Source of the DNA: Deltaproteobacteria bacterium | Lineage (GTDB): Bacteria > Desulfobacterota > Binatia > UBA9968 | Direction of reading: 5' to 3' | Length of the DNA stretch: 64,000 nt | Assembly: GCA_009692615.1 (NCBI GenBank) | Contig: SHYW01000010.1 | Location: 2,670 to 66,669 of the forward strand | Shown: positions 18,486 through 27,276 of the stretch, in pieces | Position numbering within the stretch: position 1 is the stretch's first letter | Layout: each line of letters opens with the position of its first letter | Translations under genes and position numbers: made by a program | The notes under the pieces: generated by a model | The model's database searches: none | Seen by the model: only the letters and a program-made list of their open reading frames with translations | Told to the model about the DNA's origin: nothing

Positions 18486-19520
18486 GTGAAACTCGATCGG
18501 TTGTGCGCCAAATTATTCGCCGTTGCGTTAATCATATCGGCTTCGTTTAGTCTTGCGGTGTATTCCTTCGCCGCCGCGCCGGGGAAAATCATCCTCGGAT
18601 ACGCCGCGCCCGGCGCTCGGGCACTGCCCTTTTGGATCGCCCAGGAACTCGGCCTATTCAACAAATACGGCCTCGATGTCGAGCCGGTATTCATTCGCGG
18701 CGCGCCGCTGTTAGTCTCGGGCCTGGCCTCGGGCGACATCCATATCGGCAGCACCGGCGGCAGCGCCACCTTGGCGGCGGTCGCCGCCGGCCAGGATTTG
18801 AAAATCATCGCCACCTTCGGCAGCCGCAACACTTTCGATCTGATCTCCCAGCCTAACATCAAGCGGCCCGAAGACTTGCGCGGCAAGCGCATCGGCCTCA
18901 CCAGCATCGGCGGCACCACCTGGATGGCGCTCCTGCTCTGGCTCGAACACTTCGGCCTCGATGTCCAGCGCGATAAAATGCAATTGCAGCCCACCGGCGA
19001 GCAGGCGCTGACCGTCCAAGCCCTCGACGCCGGCGTGGTCAACGCGGCGATCCTCGACGGCATCTATTCGAGCCGCGTCAAGCCCAAGGGCTTCACCGTC
19101 TTGGGCGAATATTCCGATCTAAAATACCAGTTCATCAGCCAGGCGCTAGTGGTGCAGAAGAGCCTGCTGCAACAGCGCGGCGACATGTTGGAGAATCTGT
19201 TGAAAGCGGAGATCGAAGGGCTGGCTTACGTATTGGCGCCGAAGAATAAAGCCGCGGTCATCAAAACTCTCATGCGCCGAATGAAAACCGCCGCCGGCCC
19301 CGCCGAGGAAGGCTACCTCGATCTGCTGCGCGGCATGGACCGCAAACCCTTCCCCACCGTCGAGAGCCTGGTCCATGTGCAGCGTTTGATGAAAGCCCAG
19401 AACCCCAAGATCGGCGCGGTCAATCTCGAAGAGCTGAACGACGCGCGTTTGGTCAAAAAGCTCGACGACAGCGGCTTCATCGACAAGGCCTACGCGGCAC
19501 AGGGGATCAGTCTGAAATAA
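18486..19520 (+). CDS. NMT1/SsuA-like substrate-binding protein, array member 5
   Basis: 344 aa. The GTG start follows GGAGG. It has signal peptide ..SFSLAVYSFAAAP and the paralog blocks. Confidence 0.9.
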   Translation: MKLDRLCAKLFAVALIISASFSLAVYSFAAAPGKIILGYAAPGARALPFWIAQELGLFNKYGLDVEPVFIRGAPLLVSGLASGDIHIGSTGGSATLAAVAAGQDLKIIATFGSRNTFDLISQPNIKRPEDLRGKRIGLTSIGGTTWMALLLWLEHFGLDVQRDKMQLQPTGEQALTVQALDAGVVNAAILDGIYSSRVKPKGFTVLGEYSDLKYQFISQALVVQKSLLQQRGDMLENLLKAEIEGLAYVLAPKNKAAVIKTLMRRMKTAAGPAEEGYLDLLRGMDRKPFPTVESLVHVQRLMKAQNPKIGAVNLEELNDARLVKKLDDSGFIDKAYAAQGISLK

Positions 19521-19558
19521 TCGAGCAAGGCTCTGGAAGGATTACTTCGGAGAACCCC

Positions 19559-20605
19559 ATGTTACACGGCGCGAGCATAACCATCAGGCGGCATCCGACA
19601 AATTTCGTCATCAGCCTTATTATTCTAATTGCACTGCAGCACCCGCTCGCGTCCAACGTTTTCGCGGCCACCAAGCTGATCGTCGGCTACGCCACCCACA
19701 ACGCCCGCATCGCGCCGGTCTGGGTCGCCCAGGAACAAGGCTTCTTCAACAAGTATGACATCGACACCGAGCAAGTGTACGTGCGCGGTGCTCCGATCCT
19801 GGTCGCTGGCATGACCTCGGGCGAGATCCAGATCGGCCGCAGCGGCGGCAGCGCGACCTTATCGGCCATCGCGGCCGGCCATGATTTCAAAATCATCGCC
19901 AACTTTTCTTCACGCAACCCCTACGACTTGGTCGCCCGCCCCAACATCAAACGGCCGGAGGACTTGCGCGGCAAAAAAATGGCCGTCACCAGCATCGGCG
20001 GCACCACTTGGATGGGCGCGCTACTGTGGCTGGAACAGTTGGGCCTCGATCCACAGCGCGATCAAATTCATTTGCAGGCGATCGGCGATCAAAACACCCA
20101 AACCCAATCGGTGGAAAGCGGCATCGTCGACGCCGCCGTGCTCGACGGCGCCTATAGCCGGCGGCTCAAGCAAAAGGGCTTCACGATTCTTGGCGAATAC
20201 GCCAATCTGACCAAGCCCGTGCTCGGCCAAGCCGTCGCCGTGCCGCGGCAGTATCTGCAACAACGTGGCGACCTGGTGGAAAATTACTTGAAAGGCGAGA
20301 TCGAAGCCCTGGCGTTTTGTTTCGCGCCGAGAAATAAATCCGCGATGATCAAGCTGCTCATGCGGCGCCTAAAAACCGATGCGGCTGGCGCGGAGGAAGG
20401 CTACGCGGATTTGATCCGCGGCATCGACCGGCGACCGTTTCCTTCCGTCGAAGGCATGCGCAATATTCAGCGCTTGATGAAACTCCGCAGCCCAAAGGTC
20501 GGCGAACTGCGCGCCGAAGATGTCATCGACGGCCGTATCATGCAAAAACTCGACGACAGCGGCTTCATCGACCGGGTTTACGCGGCACAGGGGTTGAAAC
20601 CATAA
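19559..20605 (+). CDS. NMT1/SsuA-like substrate-binding protein, array member 6
   Basis: 348 aa with signal peptide ..LQHPLASNVFAA and the paralog blocks. Confidence 0.9.
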   Translation: MLHGASITIRRHPTNFVISLIILIALQHPLASNVFAATKLIVGYATHNARIAPVWVAQEQGFFNKYDIDTEQVYVRGAPILVAGMTSGEIQIGRSGGSATLSAIAAGHDFKIIANFSSRNPYDLVARPNIKRPEDLRGKKMAVTSIGGTTWMGALLWLEQLGLDPQRDQIHLQAIGDQNTQTQSVESGIVDAAVLDGAYSRRLKQKGFTILGEYANLTKPVLGQAVAVPRQYLQQRGDLVENYLKGEIEALAFCFAPRNKSAMIKLLMRRLKTDAAGAEEGYADLIRGIDRRPFPSVEGMRNIQRLMKLRSPKVGELRAEDVIDGRIMQKLDDSGFIDRVYAAQGLKP

Positions 20606-20680
20606 TCATTCGTTCAAGGTTCAAAAGTTCTAAGTCGGACACATTGAGAAGTCTTCAGTATTTTAAGGAGAGCCGGGTTG

Positions 20681-21727
20681 ATGCCTATTGAGCATAATCT
20701 ACGAATCACAGCCAATATTCTCGGAACTGCAATATTTGGATTTATACTCCTGCTTGTTTCAACGATCCTTCATGCCGCAACCGCCCCAACGCGGCTGGTC
20801 ATCGGTTATGCCTCGACGACGCCGCGCTTAATGCCGCTGTGGATGGCGCGCGATCAAGGCTTCTTCGCCAAGTATGGCATTGAGTCCGAGCCGGTGCTGT
20901 TGCGCAGCGGCGCGACGCTGGTGACCGGCATGGCGTCGGGCGACATCCAGATTGGCCGCACCGCCGGCGCTGCGGTCTTGTCCGCCGTGGCTGCCGGCCA
21001 TGACATCAAGATGTTGGCGACTTTTTCCAGCCGCAATTCCTACGACGTCGTCACCCGGCCGAACATTAAACGAGCCGAAGAGCTGCGCGGCAAAAAGCTC
21101 GCCATCAACAGCGTCGGCGGCGGCACCTGGATCGGCGCCATGTTGTGGATCGAACACTTTGGCCTCGACGTGCAGCGCGATCAGATCCTGCTCCAATCCA
21201 TCGGCGATCAGGGCACGCAATCTCAGGCTTTGGAGTCCGGCACCGTCGACTGCGTCTTCGTCGACAGCGTTTACAGTAAGCTGCTGAAACAGAAAGGCAT
21301 GAACATCATCGCCGAATCCAACGAGCTGAAACAGCCGTTGGTCAGTCAATCGACGATCATGCCGAATAACTTTCTTCGTCAATATCCCGATGTCGCCGAA
21401 AACTATATCAAAGGCGAGATCGAAGGCATCGCGTTTGCCACCGCGCCCAAGAACAAACCGGCGGTCATCAAAATGCTCATGCGCCGGCTGCGGGTCGACG
21501 CCGTCACCGCCGAAGAAGGCTATAATGATATGCTGCGCGGCGTCGACAGAAAACCGTTCGCGTCGATGGAAGGCATGCGCAATCTCCATCGATTGTTGAG
21601 ACCGCGAAATCCCAAGATCAGCGAGGTGAAAGTCGAAGACGTGGTCGACAACCGGATCATGCGCAAACTGGATGAGTCCGGCTTTATCGATAAAGTCTTC
21701 GCGCTGCACGGAGCGAGTTTTAAATAA
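20681..21727 (+). CDS. NMT1/SsuA-like substrate-binding protein, array member 7
   Basis: The track ORF starts at TTG 20678. ATG 20681 follows AAGGAG. It has signal peptide ..LLLVSTILHAATAP and the paralog blocks. Confidence 0.9.
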   Translation: MPIEHNLRITANILGTAIFGFILLLVSTILHAATAPTRLVIGYASTTPRLMPLWMARDQGFFAKYGIESEPVLLRSGATLVTGMASGDIQIGRTAGAAVLSAVAAGHDIKMLATFSSRNSYDVVTRPNIKRAEELRGKKLAINSVGGGTWIGAMLWIEHFGLDVQRDQILLQSIGDQGTQSQALESGTVDCVFVDSVYSKLLKQKGMNIIAESNELKQPLVSQSTIMPNNFLRQYPDVAENYIKGEIEGIAFATAPKNKPAVIKMLMRRLRVDAVTAEEGYNDMLRGVDRKPFASMEGMRNLHRLLRPRNPKISEVKVEDVVDNRIMRKLDESGFIDKVFALHGASFK

Positions 21728-21809
21728 CTATTAGCGATCAACGGTCATTTATTAATTTTGGGCTTGCGCTGGTAACCGATAACTGAATACTGACGGCTCA
21801 CGGAGGTCG

Positions 21810-22847
21810 ATGTCCATGAAGCGTTCAAAACAACTCGCTCTAGTCGTTGTCACTTCTATTTTCTTGCTCACGTCCGGCGTTTATGACGCGCGCGCCGCCG
21901 CGGCGCCGGCCAAATATGTCGTCGGCTACGCCACCTTCACGGCGCGCATCGTGCCGCTCTGGCTCGCCCAGGAACAAGGCTTCTTCACCAAGTACGGTAT
22001 CGAGGTCGAACCGGTGTTTATCCGCGGCGCGCCGACATTGGTGGCCGGATTAGCCGCCGGCAGCATGCACATCGGCCGCACCGGCGGCAGCGCCATGTTG
22101 GCCGCGGTGGCCGCCGGCCACGATTTCAAAGTCGTCGCCGCTTTCAACACACGCAACACCTACGATCTAGTCGTCCGTCCCAACATCAAGCGCGCCGAAG
22201 ATTTGCGCGGCAAGACCTTTGGCATCACCAGTATCGGCGGCACCAGCTGGATGGGCGTCATCCTCTGGTTGGAGCATCTGGGTTTGGATGAAAAGCGCGA
22301 CAACATTCGTCTCCAAGTGATCGGCGACCAGAGCGTCCAGGTGCAGTGCATGGAAAGCGGTCTGTGCGACGCCATCGCTGTCGACGGCGTCTACACCAAG
22401 CAAGCCAAAGCCCGCGGCATGAATGTGCTGGGCGAATACACCCAACTCAAATCTCTATTGATCGGTCAATCCATGGTGGTGCCGAGTGCGATGCTGCAAC
22501 AGCGCCCGGACGCCGCCGAAGCGTATTTGAAGGGTGAGATTGAAGCTCTGGTCTTTTCCTTGGCGCCGAGAAACAAACCGGTGGTGCTCAAGACTTTGTC
22601 GAAGTGGCTCAAGGTCGACGCCGCCGGCGCCGAGGACGCCTACCTGGATCTCATCCACGGCGTCGATCGAAAACCCTTCGCCGTCCTCGAAGGATTACGC
22701 AACGCCCAACGCCTGTTGAGAACGCGAAACCCAAAAGTCGGCGAAGTCAAAGCCGAAGACGTTATCGACAACCGCTTGATGAAAAAACTCGACGACAGCG
22801 GTTTCATCGACAAGCTCTACGCAAGCTACGGCGTCAGCCTGAAATAG
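21810..22847 (+). CDS. NMT1/SsuA-like substrate-binding protein, array member 8
   Basis: 345 aa with signal peptide ..LLTSGVYDARAAAAP and the paralog blocks. An alternative ATG lies at 21816. Confidence 0.9.
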   Translation: MSMKRSKQLALVVVTSIFLLTSGVYDARAAAAPAKYVVGYATFTARIVPLWLAQEQGFFTKYGIEVEPVFIRGAPTLVAGLAAGSMHIGRTGGSAMLAAVAAGHDFKVVAAFNTRNTYDLVVRPNIKRAEDLRGKTFGITSIGGTSWMGVILWLEHLGLDEKRDNIRLQVIGDQSVQVQCMESGLCDAIAVDGVYTKQAKARGMNVLGEYTQLKSLLIGQSMVVPSAMLQQRPDAAEAYLKGEIEALVFSLAPRNKPVVLKTLSKWLKVDAAGAEDAYLDLIHGVDRKPFAVLEGLRNAQRLLRTRNPKVGEVKAEDVIDNRLMKKLDDSGFIDKLYASYGVSLK

Positions 22848-22851
22848 GTTG

Positions 22852-22906
22852 CCGGGGCGCAGCATCCGCCAGAGGACGGATCAGCCTTGGCTGATGCTGC
22901 GCCCGG
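22852..22906. repeat. Hairpin element sharing the GGATCAGCCTTGGCTGA core with 6108-6180
   Basis: The stem is CCGGGGCGCAGCATC / GATGCTGCGCCCGG, and the loop CGCCAGAGGACGGATCAGCCTTGGCT. It begins 5 nt after the stop of array member 8, so it may also terminate the array. Confidence 0.55.
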
Positions 22907-22942
22907 TCTCAATTCGGCAGCGACAACAAGGTCGAATTCTAA

Positions 22943-22992
22943 TTCACCACGAAGGCGCGAAGAACACCAAGCTCGTGAGCACGAACACTCAC
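22943..22992. repeat. CACGAA-periodic repeat, copy 3 (single arm)
   Basis: TTCACCACGAAGGCGCGAAGAACACCAAGCTCGTGAGCACGAACACTCAC. Confidence 0.5.
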
Positions 22993-23094
22993 AACCGATT
23001 CCCCGAGTAGCCACGTCGCGTGGCGTAGCGAGGGGTCCCTCGATACGCGCTGCGCGCGACTCGGGAAAACGGATTTCGGAAGTTAAATTCAAAA

Positions 23095-24096
23095 CTACTT
23101 AGCGAAAAAAATCTGCCGAAACTCCGCGCTGAGTTTCTTATACTCCTCCGCCGTCGGGCTATCCATGAAGATGCTATTGGCGCTCACTTTGTCGGCGTCC
23201 TTGATCGCTGGGTAGACACCGGGATAGAGCACGAACTCGCCGTGCTCGGCGGCGATCTTTTGACCTTCCTGGGAGCAGAGATATTCGATGTATAACTTGC
23301 CCGCGTTGGCATTGGCCGCCTTGGCGCCCAGACCGAGATCGTTAGTGTCCGTGAGTATTTTATCCATTAAGACAAAGGCGAACGGCGCCTTGGCAAATTG
23401 CTGGACATATTGAATGTAAGTAAAGCCCAGCGTCACCTCGCCGCGCAAAATATCGTTGGGTACCGGCGCGAAGGACTCTCGTAGCAGCGGCTCTTGTTTG
23501 GCCAGCGCCTTGACGTAGTCGAGCCAACCGTCGCCTTTGATTTTTTTCAAACTATAAAGAAACTGTGCCGTGGTGGTGTGGCGCGTCGGATCGGGAATCG
23601 CGATCTTGCCTTTCCACTTCGCTTGCAGCAAATCGTCGAGACTCTTGGGCGCGTCGGTGCTTTTGATCATATCGGTGTTGTACAGAACGCCGATGGGCGT
23701 GTGCCGCCACGAGGTGAGGATACCGTCTTTGTCTTTGAACTTGGCGGGGAACTTTTCCGCCGACGGCGGCGTGTATTTGGCCAACGCGCCGGCCTGCTTG
23801 ACCAGATCCTGGGCGCTCTGCGCCGCGAAGATCACGTCGAAGCCCGGCTTGCCGGTTTGCCACTCGGCGACGGCGCGCTCCATCACTTGGGTCGCCGAAG
23901 CACGCCAGTAGTCGACTTTGATACCGTACTTTTTTTCAAAGCCGCGGTGAATCGGGTCCATGACTTGGGGCAGAATGGTGCCGTAGGCAATCACCTTGCC
24001 CTCTTTCTTAGCGGCATCAATGTTGAGCGGCTGCGCCTGGGCACTGGAACTGAACAACCAAGATAGCGCCAGCGCGACTAATAAATTATTTTTCAT
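23095..24096 (-). CDS. Extracellular solute-binding protein, Fe3+/AfuA-like family 1 SBP
   Basis: Track ORF 23095..24126. ATG 24096 gives signal peptide MKNNLLVALALSWLFSSSAQA. The block KKEGKVIAYGT..GFEKKYGIKVDYWRA is typical. It resembles the SBP at 32137. Confidence 0.75.
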   Translation of the reverse strand: MKNNLLVALALSWLFSSSAQAQPLNIDAAKKEGKVIAYGTILPQVMDPIHRGFEKKYGIKVDYWRASATQVMERAVAEWQTGKPGFDVIFAAQSAQDLVKQAGALAKYTPPSAEKFPAKFKDKDGILTSWRHTPIGVLYNTDMIKSTDAPKSLDDLLQAKWKGKIAIPDPTRHTTTAQFLYSLKKIKGDGWLDYVKALAKQEPLLRESFAPVPNDILRGEVTLGFTYIQYVQQFAKAPFAFVLMDKILTDTNDLGLGAKAANANAGKLYIEYLCSQEGQKIAAEHGEFVLYPGVYPAIKDADKVSANSIFMDSPTAEEYKKLSAEFRQIFFAK

Positions 24097-24336
24097 TGGC
24101 CCATCCCTTCGTGATTCAAATCGCATACCTGCGGCGGCGGCGCTGCCAGAAACTGCCTACCACGACAGCTATCTAGTGGATCCCATCGAGTCTCAGCTCA
24201 AACAGAGATATGCCACCAACCCATCCGGCGCGCAACGAATGAAAACACAGGGGCGCGAAAATTCGGTTGCCGAAGCGGACGGATCGCAGCTATAGTCCGC
24301 TCAAGTTCGACGCTATCAAAATCCCACGGAGGTCAG

Positions 24337-25140
24337 ATGCCCTTTCTCAACATCAACGACGCCGAAGTCTACTACGAAGTGCACGGCGAAGGCGCGCCGT
24401 TTCTTTTCTGCAGCGTCACCGGTCTCGACCATCAAGCCTGGAAGTTTCATCAGGTGGCGGAGTTTTCCCGCGATCACAAAGTCATCCTGTTCGACTACCG
24501 CGGCACCGGCAAATCGACCAAGGCGATACAGAAATATTCGATCAAGATGTTCACCGACGACGCCGCGGCGATTCTAAATCATTTGAATGTCGAGCAAGCC
24601 GTCGTCTGCGGCCACTCCATGGGCGGTGTGGTCGCGCAACTGTTCGCCCTCGACTATCCGAGCAAAGTGAAAAAGTTGATTCTCGCCTCCAGCGGCGCGG
24701 CGCATCCTGGAGCGCACGGCATCCCATTGGCGATGTGCCGCGACATGGTCAAGCAAGGCTTCGAAGGTTATATCCGCGCGCACACCATCGAAACCGGCTG
24801 GACCAAAGAGTTCGTCGCCAAGAATCCCGCGCTGATCGAAAAGTTTTTACAAGTGAGAATGTCCGGCATCGCCGGGATCGACAACTATCTATATTTCGTT
24901 TTAGCGCGCCAAGAACACGATCACACGGCGCGCTTGAAAGAAATCAAAGTACCGACGCTGGTCTTGGTCGGCGACGACGAAAACCACGGCGCCACCGACA
25001 CCACCCACTGGGCCGCGGCGCACCAACTGGCAAAGGCGATTGCCAACGCTAAGCTGGTCGTCCTCGCCGGCGAAGGTCATCACTACTTGGCGACGAATCC
25101 GGCAGCGGCGCACAACGCAATACGAGAATTTATTAAATAG
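24337..25140 (+). CDS. Alpha/beta-fold hydrolase
   Basis: 267 aa with FDYRGTGKS and the nucleophile elbow GHSMGG. An RBS (GGAGG) lies upstream. Confidence 0.85.
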   Translation: MPFLNINDAEVYYEVHGEGAPFLFCSVTGLDHQAWKFHQVAEFSRDHKVILFDYRGTGKSTKAIQKYSIKMFTDDAAAILNHLNVEQAVVCGHSMGGVVAQLFALDYPSKVKKLILASSGAAHPGAHGIPLAMCRDMVKQGFEGYIRAHTIETGWTKEFVAKNPALIEKFLQVRMSGIAGIDNYLYFVLARQEHDHTARLKEIKVPTLVLVGDDENHGATDTTHWAAAHQLAKAIANAKLVVLAGEGHHYLATNPAAAHNAIREFIK

Positions 25141-25150
25141 GAGACGCGAT

Positions 25151-26287
25151 ATGGTGAAACACCCAGCAAACGATTTAAGCCGCCGCGACTTTCTCAAGAT
25201 CGCCGGCAAGAGCGCAATCATATCGTCCGGCTTGTTAGCCAGTTGCGCGACCACGGCAACACCGACTCGAACTACGGCGAGCGCCATCGACGTTCATCAT
25301 CACTATATTCCGATGGAGCTGATCGATGAGGTCAAAAAGAACGGCAAAGCGCTCGGCGTCGAATATTTTCCGCCCAAGGACGCTAAAGACAATCCCCTAC
25401 GCATTCAATTTCCCAAAGGCAATCGGCTCAATCCCGATCCGCGCATGGCCGAAGTGCCCAATCGTCTCGAAGCGATGACCAAGGGCAATATCGGCATCGC
25501 CACGGTGGAAGCCCACACCGCCTGCGTCGGCTACGAACTCGACGGCGAGCGCGGCGAAACCTGGTCGAAACTCTACAACGAAGCGATCATGAACTTGGTC
25601 AAGCGCCACCCCAACCGCTTCGCCGGCATCGCCACCGTGCCGTTGCAAGATCCCACCCGCGCCGCCAAAGTGTTGGAACACGCCGTCGTCAGTTTAAAAA
25701 TGTCCGGCGTCACCATCGCGTCGAATGTCGTCGGCAAATATTTCAACGACAAGAGCTTCGATCCATTCTGGAAAAAAGCCGAAGATCTCGACGTGATGAT
25801 GATCATGCATCCGGAATGGGTCGCCGGCGCCGACAAGATGGATCCTTTCAGCCTACGCAGCATTTGCGGCAATCCGGCGGACACCACGCTCTCGGTCACC
25901 TACATGATTTACACCGGCATCTTCGACCGCTTCCCCAGTCTGAAACTCTGCCTGCTGCACGGCGGCGGATATTTCCCCTACCACCTGGGCCGCTTGGACC
26001 AGGACAAAACCGGCGGCTCTGGAGCATCCGCGATCCCGTCAAAATATCCGCCGAGTAAATATCTGAAGAACCTCTACTTCGATAATTTGGTCTACCGCGT
26101 TGAAACTCTCGAATATTTGAAACGCATGGTCGGCGCCGATCACATCATGGTCGGCACCGATTATCCCTTCGACTTGGGCGACTGGATGGCGGCGGACAAA
26201 CTTCAGACGATGGAATGCACCAGCGCGGAACGGGAAGCGATGCTGCACGGTAATGCCCGGAGGCTGTTGAGGATGACCGCCGCGTAA
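25151..26287 (+). CDS. Amidohydrolase-2 (ACMSD-type) family protein with twin-arginine signal
   Basis: Track ORF 25040..26287. ATG 25151 gives MVKHPANDLSRRDFLKIAGKSA (Tat motif). IDVHHHYIP and the C-terminal GTDYPFD are typical of the PF04909-type fold. Confidence 0.75.
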   Translation: MVKHPANDLSRRDFLKIAGKSAIISSGLLASCATTATPTRTTASAIDVHHHYIPMELIDEVKKNGKALGVEYFPPKDAKDNPLRIQFPKGNRLNPDPRMAEVPNRLEAMTKGNIGIATVEAHTACVGYELDGERGETWSKLYNEAIMNLVKRHPNRFAGIATVPLQDPTRAAKVLEHAVVSLKMSGVTIASNVVGKYFNDKSFDPFWKKAEDLDVMMIMHPEWVAGADKMDPFSLRSICGNPADTTLSVTYMIYTGIFDRFPSLKLCLLHGGGYFPYHLGRLDQDKTGGSGASAIPSKYPPSKYLKNLYFDNLVYRVETLEYLKRMVGADHIMVGTDYPFDLGDWMAADKLQTMECTSAEREAMLHGNARRLLRMTAA

Positions 26288-26373
26288 GATAGTCAGATGT
26301 CCGCTTTACAACGTTGCAACTACTGCCAGATGGCACTACACTAGCTGCCAGTAGAAATTTTAGGAGCAATCAA

Positions 26374-26808
26374 ATGCAATCAATGGAATCACTCGTAGAC
26401 GCACTTGGTGGCCGCAAAGTTTTGAAGCGGCGAATCGCGAACTTGGCCGACTTGAGAGAAACGGTTAAGGGAGGCCTCCCGTATGCATCCTTCGAGGCAT
26501 TGTCGGCACGACTCGGCTTGGGACGGGAAGAAGCAGCAAACGCCCTACATTTACCTCATCGAACCAATGCAAGAAGGAAAAAGCAGCGGAGATTGCTTGC
26601 CGACGAGTCCGATCGCGTGCTGAGAATGGCGCGCGTTGGCGCCCAGGCCGCGGAAACTTTAGGTAGCGAAGCCAAAGCCGCCGAGTGGTTGCGCCGCCCG
26701 AATCGCGCCTTGGGCAATGTACCGCCGCTAGAACTGCTCGACACCGACATCGGCATTCGGCAGATCGAAGAAGTTCTAGGTCGCATCGAGCACGGCATCG
26801 TAAGCTAG
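26374..26808 (+). CDS. Xre/ParS/MbcA-type antitoxin (DUF2384 C-terminal domain)
   Basis: ATG 26374 follows AGGAG. The C-terminus AAEWLRRPNRALGNVPPLELLDTDIGIRQIEEVLGRIEHG is characteristic of RES-partner antitoxins. Confidence 0.85.
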   Translation: MQSMESLVDALGGRKVLKRRIANLADLRETVKGGLPYASFEALSARLGLGREEAANALHLPHRTNARRKKQRRLLADESDRVLRMARVGAQAAETLGSEAKAAEWLRRPNRALGNVPPLELLDTDIGIRQIEEVLGRIEHGIVS

Positions 26809-27263
26809 TGCGAGTCTGGCGCATTGCGTTGAGAAAATTTCGCCGCTTCGACGGCGAAGGCGCACGGCAATATGGCGGCCGATGGAATCACTCGGGCGGG
26901 TCAGCCGTCTACACCTCTGAGTCATTGTCGCTCGCCGCATTGGAACTATTTGTTCACTTCGACACCGATCTTGCCCCCGAAGATTTGGTCGCCATACCCG
27001 CTGAAATTCCAGACAACGTGAAGATCGAACATCTCGAGACTGCGATGTTGCCGAGAAACTGGCGGGACTTCCCCGCTCCCGAAGCGCTCAAGGATATTGG
27101 CTCATCCTGGTTAGTCAGGAACACCACTGCGATCATGTCCGTCCCGTCCGCGCTAATCCCAACGGAGTGCAATTATCTGCTGAACCCAAAACAGAAAGAC
27201 TTTAGACGCATTCGAATCGGTACACCGATCCCGTTTCGTTTCGACCCGAGGATGTGGAAATAA
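26808..27263 (+). CDS. RES-domain toxin (NAD+-targeting ParT/MbcT family)
   Basis: GTG 26808 overlaps the antitoxin TAG by 1 nt. VRVWRIALRKF..GEGARQYGGRWNHSGGSAVYTSESLSLAALE is the RES signature region. Confidence 0.85.
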   Translation: MRVWRIALRKFRRFDGEGARQYGGRWNHSGGSAVYTSESLSLAALELFVHFDTDLAPEDLVAIPAEIPDNVKIEHLETAMLPRNWRDFPAPEALKDIGSSWLVRNTTAIMSVPSALIPTECNYLLNPKQKDFRRIRIGTPIPFRFDPRMWK

Positions 27264-27276
27264 TCACTGCGTCCAT

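Noticed and set aside
20828-21709. 293-aa minus-strand ORF. Similar long antisense ORFs lie at 55823-56632, 56927-57865, 43079-43777 and 17454-17942.
   Set aside because: All lie opposite well-supported SBP, propeller or argJ genes. They are low-complexity, Arg/Ala/Asp/Gly-rich, and lack start context.
27264-27276. Possible displaced gene-end remnant next to the Xre-RES pair, by analogy with the other TA cassettes
   Set aside because: Only 13 nt separate the RES stop from the peptidase start. I found no convincing copy of the upstream amidohydrolase-2 gene end.
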